NCBI GenBank assembly: GCA_963845755.1 | Contig: CAWJTV010000033.1 | Location: 519,473-583,472 of the forward strand | Direction: 5' to 3' | From: an uncultured Planctomycetota bacterium | GTDB lineage: Bacteria > Planctomycetota > Planctomycetia > Isosphaerales > Isosphaeraceae | DNA length: 64,000 nt | Shown here: in pieces, positions 51,272 to 62,112 of the stretch | How positions within the stretch are numbered: the first letter of the stretch is position 1 | Layout: each line of letters begins with the position of its first letter | Notes under the pieces: generated by a model | Told to the model about the DNA's origin: nothing | Databases searched by the model: none | Seen by the model: the letters and a program-made list of their open reading frames with translations, nothing else | Program-made: the position numbers and the translations under genes

Positions 51272-53910
51272 AAGATCGACGTGACGGGCAAGGGCTATCT
51301 GCCGGGCTATACCACGGGGAACACGACCGTCGGGGGCGCCACGGGAGTCAGCGGAGGTAGCTACGGTGGCCTAGGAGTATCCAGCCGTGGCGCGACTAAT
51401 CCGGTCTACGGCGACTACGCCAACCCCGACGATTGGGGCGCCGGCGGCGCCAATTTCAGCGGCGGCGGCCTGGTGCGGATCGCGGCGGCCACCCTGCAAC
51501 TCGACGGCCAACTGCTGGCCAACGGGCTCGACGATACAAGCGGTGGCGACGGCAGTGGCGATGGCGACGGAGCCGGCGGCGGGATCTACGTCTCGGTCAT
51601 GACTCTCAGTGGCGGCGGGCCCATTCTCGCCATGGGAGGGCATTACGGCGCCGCCGGCGGTGGCCGCATCGCTGTCTACACTGCCGATAGCTCCAGCTTC
51701 TCCGCCAATGCCTCCGCTCGGGGAGGGTGGATATACGGGGAGGCCGGTGCCGGAACTGTCTACCTGCGCGACACGAACGACGCAACCGGCACGCTGATCA
51801 TCGACAACGGCTCTGGCGGTTATCCCACGACGGTCACGCCGCTGGGCCTACCCAGCCAGACGACGATGGCGATCCCCGACGCCGTCGTGGTGCGCGGATC
51901 ACAGACCCGGGTGGTGAACCAGCACGCCGGGCTGGTCCTCGAATTCCAAAACAGCCTGACCGTCCAGCAGTCGGCGACGCTGAGCGTCGAGGCCGCCGGA
52001 TTCGTGTCAGATGCCGCTCCCGCCATCCAAACGGGCGCGACCTTGAACGTATCCGGGGACTACGCCCCGACGACCCCGCCCACGGTTACCGGGGCCAACC
52101 TCAATGTCTCGGGAGACTTGACGCTGGCCGTGCCGCTGCAACTGACCAATGCCAGCGTCACGGTCGCTGGCGTGCTCACCTCGACCGTACCGCAGACGAT
52201 CACGGGCGGTACGATCACGACCGATCAGGTGGTGGCGCCGGCGTGGTCTCTGGTCCAGGGGGCGGTGCTGACGAGCTTCGCCTCGACGACAACCCAGATG
52301 CACAAGCTGGAGATCCAGGTCGATGGCACGCTTTCGGTTGACGCGACGAGCCGGATCGACGTGACGGGGAAAGGGTACCTCCCTGGCTACACGACCGGCA
52401 ATACGACCACGGGCGGTGCGACGGGACAGAGCGGAGGTAGCTACGGCGGTCTGGGCGTATCCAGCAACGGCGCCACCAATCCGGTCTACGGCGACTACGC
52501 CAACCCCGACGATTGGGCGCCGGCGGCGCCAATTTCAGCGGCGGCGGCCTGGTGCGGATCGCGGCGGCCACCCTGCAACTCGACGGCCAACTGCTGGCCA
52601 ATGGGATCGACGGTACCTCCGGTGGCGACGGCAATGGCGATGGCGACGGAGCCGGCGGCGGGATCTACGTCTCGGTCACGACTCTCAGCGGCGGCGGGCC
52701 CATTCTCGCCATGGGAGGGCATTACGGCGCCGCCGGCGGTGGCCGCATCGCTGTCTACACTGCCGATAGCTCCAGCTTCTCCGCCAATGCCTCCGCTCGG
52801 GGAGGGTGGGTATACGGGGAGGCCGGTGCCGGAACTGTCTACCTGCGCGACACGAACGACGCAACCGGCACGCTGATCATTGACAACGGCTCAGGTGGTT
52901 ACCCCACGACGGTCACGCCGCTGGGCCTGCCCAGCCAGACGACGATGGCGATCCCCGACGCCGTCGTGGTGCGCGGATCACAGACCCGGGTGGTGAACGA
53001 GCACGCCGGGCTGGTCCTCGAGTTCCAGAGCAGCCTGACCGTCGAGCAATCGGCCACCTTGAACGTCGAGGCGACCGGGTTCGTTTACCAGGCCGCTCCC
53101 GCCATCCAAACGGTGCGCGACCTTGAACGTGTCTGGGGATTACATGCCAACCCTCCCGCCTGTGTTCACCGGGGCCCTCCTCAACGTCGCGGGAGACTTG
53201 ACGCTGGCTGTACCGCTGCCGTTGACCAACGACAACGTGACGGTTGATGGTGTTCTGAGATCGAACCTGCCACAGACGATCGATGGGGGCTCGTTGACCA
53301 CGGACCAGGTCGTCGGCACAGACCTGACATTGATCGACGGAGCAGTGATCACCAGCTACGCCTCGACGGCTGACCAGATGCACAAGCTTGAGATGGACCT
53401 CAGCGGCACGCTGACGGTTGATGCCACGAGCTCGATCGACGTGACGAACAAGGGCTACATGGCGGGCCATACGACGGGCAACACGACGATCGGGGCGGCA
53501 ACCGAAGGCAGCGGTGCAAGCCATGGAGGTCTAGGTGGAGGAGGTACGACGAATGCACTCTACGACGACTATGCGGACCCCGAGGACTGGGGAGCCGGTG
53601 CTCCGTTGAATCCAGGGGGGGGACTCGTTCGGGTCAATGCTTCGACCCTGAAGCTCGATGGCAAGTTCTTGGCCGATGGCGCGTTAGGTTTTGGACCGGG
53701 TGGCGCCGGAGGTGGTATCTATGTCGAGGTCCAGACGATCTCAGGTTCAGGACTGATGCGGGCAGGCGGCGGAACTCCCAACGACTGCGGCTGCGGAGGA
53801 GGAGGCGGTGGCCGGATCGCCCTTTATGCAGAGGATTATACCCAGTTCGGCACTTTCAGGATCACCGCACCCGGGGGAGCAAATGGCGGCGGTGCCGGAA
53901 CCGTCTACAT
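51272..53910 (+). repeat. three ~1080-bp internal repeat units (first two near-identical over several hundred bp)
   Basis: IDVT(G/N)KGY motif at ~51272, ~52352 and ~53432. 51400-51960 closely matches 52480-53040. Confidence 0.85.
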
Positions 53911-56108
53911 TGTCCAAGGCCAGTGCATACCCACGTCCAAGCTCACTTTCCCTTCGGCATCGAGCAAGGCATCGTGGATCATGGAAACGACTACGTCAGT
54001 CAGGTAATCGACTCGATCACGCTCAGGTTCAGCAACCCGATCGACCTGAGCACTTTCGATCCCTCCAAGTTCCTGATCGATGGCCAGATGGGGCGGATCG
54101 TTCCCACGGGGATTGAACAGGTTGAGCGACCGAACCTATCGCATCGACTTGCCATTTACTCTGACCGAGGACGGTCCCTACAACTTCACACTCCTGTCGA
54201 GGCGCTCAAGGACACCCAAGGCTTCCCCCTCGACCAGAACGCTAATGGCATTCCGGGCGAGGTACTGGCGGATGACTACGCTTTTACGCTGACAGTTGAC
54301 ACCGTCCCGCCCCGCATTACGCACCAGGATCCGGCGGGTGATCTGGCAGGCACGGTGGATCACGTTGACATTTCGTTCAGCGAGACGATCGAAGCGTCGA
54401 CGTTCACAGGAGGTGACATTACCATCGTCCGGCCTGATGGGCAGACCGTCGGAGTCACAGGCATCCAGAACGTCGGACTGAATCGGTTCCGAATCAGCTT
54501 CCCGGCGCAGACGCTGGTCGGGGTCTATCACGTCAAGGTCGGGCCGAATGTGACGGACCTGGCTGGCAATGCGCTCGACGAGAACGGCAACGGCGTCGGT
54601 GGCGAATCGGCCGATATCTACGACGGCACGTTCAACATCGTACCCGTGAATCTCGGGCTCAATAATTTGACTGTGAATCCGAGTTCCACAATCTGGGCTG
54701 GAGAACCTGTAACGATCACCTGGGCCGGTGCCAATCAGTCGGGTGCACCGCTTCTGGGAAACTGGATTGATGCGGTCTATCTCTCCAAGGACGATCAATG
54801 GGACATTAACGACATCTTGCTCGCGACCCTTCCCCACACGGGCGGACTGGCCCAGAACCAGGCTTACACGGGTTCCGTGACTCTTCCTGTGCTGGGAATG
54901 CTGCCCGGTACCTATCACATCCTCGTCCGTGCCGACATAGCCAACCAGGAGCGCGAGACGAACGAGGCAGATAACCTGGTCGTCTCTGGACCGCTCGCCT
55001 TGAACGTCCGCGAGCTTCCAGGAGATGGAACCGCAGTCAACGGTCAAGTCTCCTCAGCGGACCCCGATGATTTCTACGTGCTCCATACAGACAGTGGCGA
55101 CAGTTTCCGGCTCGACCTGACCAGCAAGACCACGGGCACACCCCTCGAGCTTTACGTCCGGTACGCGGCGGTTCCCAGCCGCCAGAGTTTCGATCAGCGC
55201 TGGGCGACACCCGTGGCACAGCAGGACATCTCGCTGACAGCCATCAACGGCCCCGGGACCTACTACATTCTCGTCAGTAGTAACGGCAACGGCGCATCCG
55301 CATCGTATTCGCTGACCGCACAGACAGCGCCGTTCTTCGTCACCGACTTCAGCCCCAAGCGCCAGGGGATCGCGGCCGATGCCAACATCACGATCACGGG
55401 TGCGGGGTTCGATGCGTTGACGACCCTGGCTTTCGTCAACGGGCAGGGACAGGTCCGCGGCGTCCCGATCCAGTTCGTGTCGGATTCCACACTCATTGCG
55501 ACGATCGATTTCAGTCAAGAGCTGCCGCCGGGTATCGGGAACTCCTTCGAGTGGCAGCCCGGCACCTACTCGTTGCAGCTCACAAAGGGAGTGCGTACCG
55601 TCACGCTTCCGAGCACCTTCGAAGTCCTACCGCAGGGGCCCGCCTCGCTTCAAACGAACCTGGTTGTACCCAGCTCGGTCAGGCCGGGGTTCCCGATCGT
55701 GCAAACCCTGTACGTGCAGTACAGTAACACAGGCGATCTTCCCATGCCGGCACCACTGCTCCAGGTGGTTGCCGACGGGACGGCCTTGCTGACGACCAGC
55801 GAAGACCTGGCCAACTCACTGCTTGCGTCGGGTCAACTGCCCAACGACCTGGGTAACTCCGTGCAGGTGCTGGGAACAGGCTCAGGAGCCACGCCGGGGA
55901 TACTCCAGCCGGGTGACTCCGGAAGCATTCCAATCTACTACCTCGGGCAGTCCGTAGACGATGGAGCCGGGCAGGTCAACTTCTCGCTGGGCAGCCTCAC
56001 GACCGCCGATACGACCGAGAAGGTCTGGTATCGCGTTCAGACCGATCCGATCTATTTTTCCGGCTCCGGGGGATCTGGGGGGCGGAGTTGTTGAAGCCCC
56101 GATCAACT

Positions 56109-57805
56109 GGGTGCAATCGCGCTGGTGCCGCGGATTTCAGCCTGTTTTCCCACGTTTTCGGTGTTGACTTGGCCTGAGTCGGCCGCCTTGGGAAGAGGAT
56201 CGCTTGAAAGTCGAGGGGCCTCTCCTGTGAAGTGACAGTGTGTAACAAGCTCTGTCCTCGCAACAGGAAAGGCCACCTCGATGGACCATGCTACGTGCTC
56301 CCGACTCCTCACAGCAACGCATTTCGCCACGTCCTTGCTCCCGCTCACCGCTCGCCTGGTCCCGGTGATCACCGAACTCGGGCGGCTCATCGTCCACTTC
56401 CGCCGGGCCGACCCCACGCCTCAAACCGCCCACCGCTTCGAGACCCGATTGGAGGAGTTGCTCCGCGAACTCGGCCGGATCATCGTCGAATGGACCTTCA
56501 ACCACCTCGAGCCTCACGACCGCAAGGACATGCCCGCCCAGATCGAGTCCGGCGGGACCTGGTATCGCCGCCGCTCCAAGACCCCCAATCGCTCGGTGGC
56601 CACCACCTTCGGCACGATCACGCTGTGGCGGATGTTGTACCAGGACGTCCACGGCGTCGAGTCCTCGATCTTCCCGCTGGAGATCCAGCTCGGTCTGGAG
56701 TCCGGCCGGGCGACGCCGGCCCTCGCCGAGCGGGCCACCCACGCGGCGGTGATGTCCTCTCAGGACGCAGTTCTGGTGGCGTTGCGCCACGATCATGGGG
56801 TGCAGTGGTCGGCTGAGACCTTGCGAGCGGTGATCGCCGGTGTGGCGGCGGGGATGGAGGTCCACCGTCAAGAGGCCCAAGTCGCCCAACTGCTCTCCTG
56901 GCTGGGACGGGCAGACCGGTCCACGGGCTCCCGCAGGCCGGTGCTGGCCGCGGGGCGCGACGGGCTGATGCTGCCGATCCGCGGTCAGGCCTGTTACCGC
57001 GAGGGGGCCACGGCGACGGTCTCGGTCTACGACCGCAAGGGGCGACGGCTGGGGACGGTCTACCTGGGGCGGATGCCCGAGCCGGGTCAGGAGGTCTTGT
57101 CGGGGCAATTGACGGCCCTGATCGAGGCGGTGTTGCGCGGTTGGACCGGACCGCTGCCGCGGCTGGCCTACATCACCGATGGCGGCAACCACCAGACCCG
57201 ATACTATCGCCGGGTGCTGAAGCGGATGAGCGATCCTCATCACCTCGGTCGACGACTGAAGTGGCACTGGGTGATCGATTATTATCATGCCTGCGAATAC
57301 ATCACCAAGCTGTCCGAGGCGTTGTTCTCCGACGCGCGGGCGGGGGCGAGTTGGCGCGGCGGATGCGGCGGTGGCTGAAGGAGAAGCCGCGGGGGATCTA
57401 CCGAGTCCTGCATTCGGCGGCGGCCCTGCGCCGGCGGCGGATCATCGCGTCGGCAGCCAAGCGAGAGCAATACCGCAGTGCCTACGCCTACTTGCGAAAA
57501 CGAATGCGCTGGCTGGATTATGTCCGCTATCGCCGGGATCACTTGCCGATCGGCAGCGGGGTGACGGAGGCGGCGTGCAAGACGGTGTTCACCCAGCGGC
57601 TGAAGCAGTCGGGGATGAGCTGGAAAGTCGAGAGTGGTCAGTGGATCGTCAACCTACGGGTGATCCACTTGAGCGGGGTCTGGAGCGAGGTGTATCAATC
57701 CTACCTGGGATCGAAGGCGACACTCGTGATGCGGACTCAAGGGACTACAGCGAAGGGAAGGACCTCAAATGCCGCATAATCGCTGGCATCGGCGCGATTG
57801 CACCC
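56109..57805 (+). mobile_element. ISKra4-family insertion sequence (1697 bp)
   Basis: IRs GGGTGCAATCGCGC.. / ..GCGCGATTGCACCC and an 8-bp direct repeat GATCAACT (56101-56108, 57806-57813). Confidence 0.9.
56281..57779 (+). CDS. ISKra4-family transposase (frameshift near 57355)
   Basis: RDG, YITDGG, VIDYYHACEY, LPIGSGVTEAACK..RLKQSGMSW. Confidence 0.87.
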
Positions 57806-60744
57806 GATCAACTTACCATCGCACGGCGACCCTCCTCCGAACTCCGAGAGGATCGTCTTCGACCGGCCGCAGTCTGGCAGCCGCAACGTCAACGTGAGGC
57901 TCCGGCTCTATCCCAACACGGCGACGTTCGAAGAGTACCTCATGATCGACTGGCTGAACATTCGCGACAATGCCAGGCCGGCATCAATCCCCGCCGATGC
58001 CTGGGACGCGATCCTATACAACCTCCGGACCGACGTCGGCAGCGACTTCTGGGCCGACTACGTCGCGGCGATGGGTCAGGACGCCAATGCTCTCGCTGAG
58101 GTGGGGCAAACGACCACCGACGTGGGCTCCCTGTGGGGTTTCGAAGTGGCACAGGCTTCGGACGCTCTGAGCCCGGTCAGCTCCCTGGCAGGGGCGGTCG
58201 ATGCCGCCGCCTCCGCGCCGGGCTTGCCGCTGGTGTTCAGCCGGACCTATGGTCAAGATCTCGTGTCGCGGTTCACGCAGGGGACGCTTGGCAGGGGATG
58301 GAGCACCAACTGGGACTACCAGGCCCAGGTGCTCGACAATGGCGACGTCGTGATCCACGGTCCCGGAGGCGCGGACCGCTATTTCACTCGAAATGCCAGC
58401 GGTTCCTACACGGCCTCGCCCGGTGATTATGGTCAGTTGGTTCGCGGGAGCGGCCTGCTTGAGGTGCTCGAACAGGACGGCACCCTGTGGAAGTTCAACG
58501 ATCCTTCGGGCAAACTCGAGCTCGTTCAGGACACCAACGGCAACAGCATCACGCTGGGTTACGACACCTACGGCCGACTCACCAGCCTCACTCACTCAGA
58601 CGGCCGTCAGTTCCTACTCGAATACGCGCCAGCCGATTTCGGCATGGACCCCAGTAAGACCCCGCTGGTGAAGCTTACTGACACGGTCGGTCCCGGCAGC
58701 GCGGACGACCTGGTCACGACCTACCAGTACGACGGTAACGGCCAGCTATCCCAGGTCACCGCTCCTGGCGATCTCGTGACGACATACACCTACGTGTCGC
58801 CCACCACGGTGCTTTTCCAGCCCATCGATGCAAGGGGCCATTTCGCGGCGTCGCTCCAGTTGCCCGACCCGCGCTCCTACGCCTTGCTGTCGGTCGCATA
58901 CCCGGATCATTCGCACGATTACTTTTCTTATGACACTCAGGGACGGCTGACGGAAACGAAGCAGGACGGAGATGCCCAGCGAGTGACATTCGCGTATCCG
59001 TCCCCCGGGGCCGTCGTGATGACCGACGCGACCGGCCGGAACACAACCCTTCGCTTTGGATTGGGCGGCCAGCTTGTGCAGGTCCGCGACGGCGCGGGAC
59101 GTATCGTCGATTTGAGCTATGACTCCCGCTTCCAGCTCGATGGGTTGACGGGATCGGGCGGAGAGCCGTACCACTATCTGTACGACAACAACGGCAACAT
59201 TATCCGGATCACCAACGCCCTTAACCTCAGTACGACGTACACCTACGGGACCACCTTCAACCGCCTGACGTCCTTCACCGACGCACGCGGCAACGGCATC
59301 CAGTACGGCTACGACAGCCACGGCAACCTGACTTCCGCCACCTATGCCGACGGCACGGAAGAGACCTATACCTACGACGCCCATGGCGACGTCCTGACCG
59401 CCACCAACCGCCGTGGCGAGACGGTCACCTACACCTACAACGCCGCGGGCGAGGTATTGAGCAAGGATTATGACACGACACCGGGAGTCGATTTCGTCTA
59501 TACCTACGATACTGTGGGGGACCTCACATCGGCCACAGACGCGTCCGGGACGACCTCGATGATCTACGACGCGCAGACGGACCGCCTGATGAAGATCACG
59601 TATCCTGGCGGTCACTGGTTCACCTACACTTATGACGCAGCCGGTCGTCGCAGGTCCCGCACCGATGAAACAGGCATGGTTGTGCACTATCAGTACGACG
59701 CCATCGGCCGGCTCGACACGATGACCGACAGTACCGGCGCGCTACTCGTGCACTACGAGTACGACGCCGCGGGCCGGTTGAGCAAGAAGACGCTCGGCAA
59801 CGGCGTTTACACGACCTACGAATACGACGATGCCGGCAACGTGATCCATCTCGTCAACCTGCGGGACGACGGGACCATCCTGTCGCGCTATGACTACACC
59901 TACGACATCTCGGGCCGCCGCACCTCGATGACCACGCTGGACGGGACCTTCTCCTACGGCTACGATGCCCTGGGCCAGCTCACGAGCGTGACCTACCCCG
60001 ACGGTCATATCGTCACCTACGACTACGACGAGGTCGGCAACCGTATCCGCGTGACCGACAACGGTGTGGAGACCGACTACACGACCAACGACATGAACCA
60101 GTACACCCAGGTCGGCGACGTGACCTACGCCTTCGACGCCGACGGCAACATGATCTCGCAGACCGAGAAGGGCGTGACGACGACCTACTCCTACGATGCC
60201 GAGAACCATCTGGTCGGCGTGAACACGCCGACGGATACGTGGGCGTATCAGTACGACCCGCTCGGGAACCAGGTCGGGTCGAGTCACAATGGTTCCGCGA
60301 CAAGCTATCTGATCGATCCGACTGGTCTGGGGAACGTGGCGGCGGAGTACGACGGGAATGGAAATCTGGTCGCCCGATACGACTACGGGTATGGGTTGCT
60401 TGATCAAATTAACAGTACGGGATCTGCGGGGTATTACACGTTCTCGGCAATCGGAAACACAAGTGAGATCACTGATGCCAATGGGAGCGTGCTGAACTCA
60501 TATTCGTATGATCCTTTTGGGGGGACGCTAGGAAAGTCCGAGACGGTAGCGAATCCGTTCCAGTTTGTGGGAGAGTACGGAGTGATGAATGAGGGAGATG
60601 CGCTGCGCGTCATGAGGGCTCGCTACTACTCCCCGACCATAGGTCGTTTTACATCGCAAGATCCGCTTGGAATAGGAGGTGGTGTAAATCAACTGGATTA
60701 TTTCGAATAATAGTCCGGCACTAAACCTTGACCCTCTAGGATTA
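57806..60744 (+). CDS. RHS/YD repeat core segment of the giant protein, ending in PALNLDPLGL (1-nt frameshift near 60700)
   Basis: FSRTY, LGRGW, many YD..GRL/YD..GN repeats, YDPFG, RARYYSPTIGRFTSQDPLG, then NNSPALNLDPLGL. Confidence 0.9.
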
Positions 60745-60793
60745 TTCGGTTTGAAGGACATAACACTGTCGGACAAACTCAAGAGCACATTTA

Positions 60794-62112
60794 GGCGTGC
60801 TCAACAATAAGTTACCGAAATTGGTATTGACGGACGACGGCAGGTTGGATGATATTTCCGAGGATGCCGAACACACAAGTCGTCGAATGGATTCGTGAGA
60901 AGTATTCCGCGATTGTCGGGGACTTGGATGAGCGCGCTCGAAGGCGATGGGCCGCAGTGGAGGCGCGGTCGCTCGGTTGGGGCGGCATCGAAGCGGTGGC
61001 TGCTGCTACAGGGATGTCGGACCGCACGATTCGAACCGGGATTCGGGAACTGGATGATCTCAACTCGCCACCGCCGACCCAACAACGCCGGTCTGGCGGC
61101 GGCCGTAAATGCCGCGAGTCCGAGCAGCCGAAGCTCGTCGAAGCCCTGCAGAAGCTGGTCGATGCCGGCGCGCGAGGCGACCCCATGTCGCCACTCCGAT
61201 GGACGTGTAAGAGCACGCGGACGTTGGCGGATGAGTTGGCGCGAGACGGGTTCGCGGTGAGCGCCAACACGGTGGGCCGACTCCTGCATGAGTGCGGCTA
61301 TAGCCTGCAAGCCAACCGCAAGACGATCGAAGGCAAGCAGCATCCGGATCGTGATGCACAATTCCGACACATCAGCAAGCGAGTCACCGCCTTCCAGCGT
61401 GCGGGACAGCCGACCATATCGGTGGATACGAAGAAGAAAGAGCCCCTGGGAAATCTCAAGAATCCGGGTCGCAGTTACCGGAGGAAGGGAGACCCCAAGA
61501 AGGTCAAGACCCATGACTTCCCGGACAAGAAGCTCGGCAAGGCGGTGCCGTACGGGGTCTACGACCTGGCCCACAACGAAGCCGGCGTGTCGGTGGGGAT
61601 CAGCCACGATACGGCCGAGTTCGCGGTCGCCGCGATTCGTCGCTGGTGGGAGCGCCTGGGGCAACCCAGATATCCGCGAGCGACGCGGTTGCTGATCACG
61701 GCCGACAGTGGGGGCAGCAACAGCCCGCGAACGCGCCTCTGGAGGTGGGCCGTTCAACAGTTCGCCAACGAAACGGGCCTGGCAGTGGAACTTTGCCACT
61801 ATCCACCGGGCACGAGCAAGTGGAACAAGATCGAGCATCGGCTCTTTTGCCACATCACCCGCAATTGGCGAGGTGTTCCCCTGGAGACCTTGGAGATCGT
61901 CGTCAAGCTGATCGGCTGCACGCGAACCAAGGAGGGCCTGGAAGTTCACGCTTGGCTCGACGAGAATCACTACCAGAAGGCAAAGACCGTATCCAGTATG
62001 CAATTATCCGAAGTCCTCATACGCCGTAACAGTTTTCACGGCGAGTGGAATTATCAGATACGACCGCACAGAAAACAGAGCCAAATTCGGTAACTTATTG
62101 TTGAGTGCGCCC
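60794..62112 (+). mobile_element. ISAzo13-family insertion sequence (~1319 bp)
   Basis: Imperfect ~30-bp IRs sharing CTCAACAATAAGTTACCGAA.TTGG; TTA direct repeat (60791-60793, 62113-62115). Confidence 0.9.
60864..62093 (+). CDS. ISAzo13-family transposase
   Basis: LDERARR, RGDPMSPLRWT.KS, SVDTKKKE, ITADSGGSN, PPGTSKWNKIEHRLF, HGEWNY. Confidence 0.93.
   Translation: MPNTQVVEWIREKYSAIVGDLDERARRRWAAVEARSLGWGGIEAVAAATGMSDRTIRTGIRELDDLNSPPPTQQRRSGGGRKCRESEQPKLVEALQKLVDAGARGDPMSPLRWTCKSTRTLADELARDGFAVSANTVGRLLHECGYSLQANRKTIEGKQHPDRDAQFRHISKRVTAFQRAGQPTISVDTKKKEPLGNLKNPGRSYRRKGDPKKVKTHDFPDKKLGKAVPYGVYDLAHNEAGVSVGISHDTAEFAVAAIRRWWERLGQPRYPRATRLLITADSGGSNSPRTRLWRWAVQQFANETGLAVELCHYPPGTSKWNKIEHRLFCHITRNWRGVPLETLEIVVKLIGCTRTKEGLEVHAWLDENHYQKAKTVSSMQLSEVLIRRNSFHGEWNYQIRPHRKQSQIR

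Noticed and set aside
51272..53910. DGR template/variable repeat pair
   Set aside because: The repeats are ~1 kb in-frame coding modules, differences are not visibly adenine-specific, and no reverse transcriptase is present.
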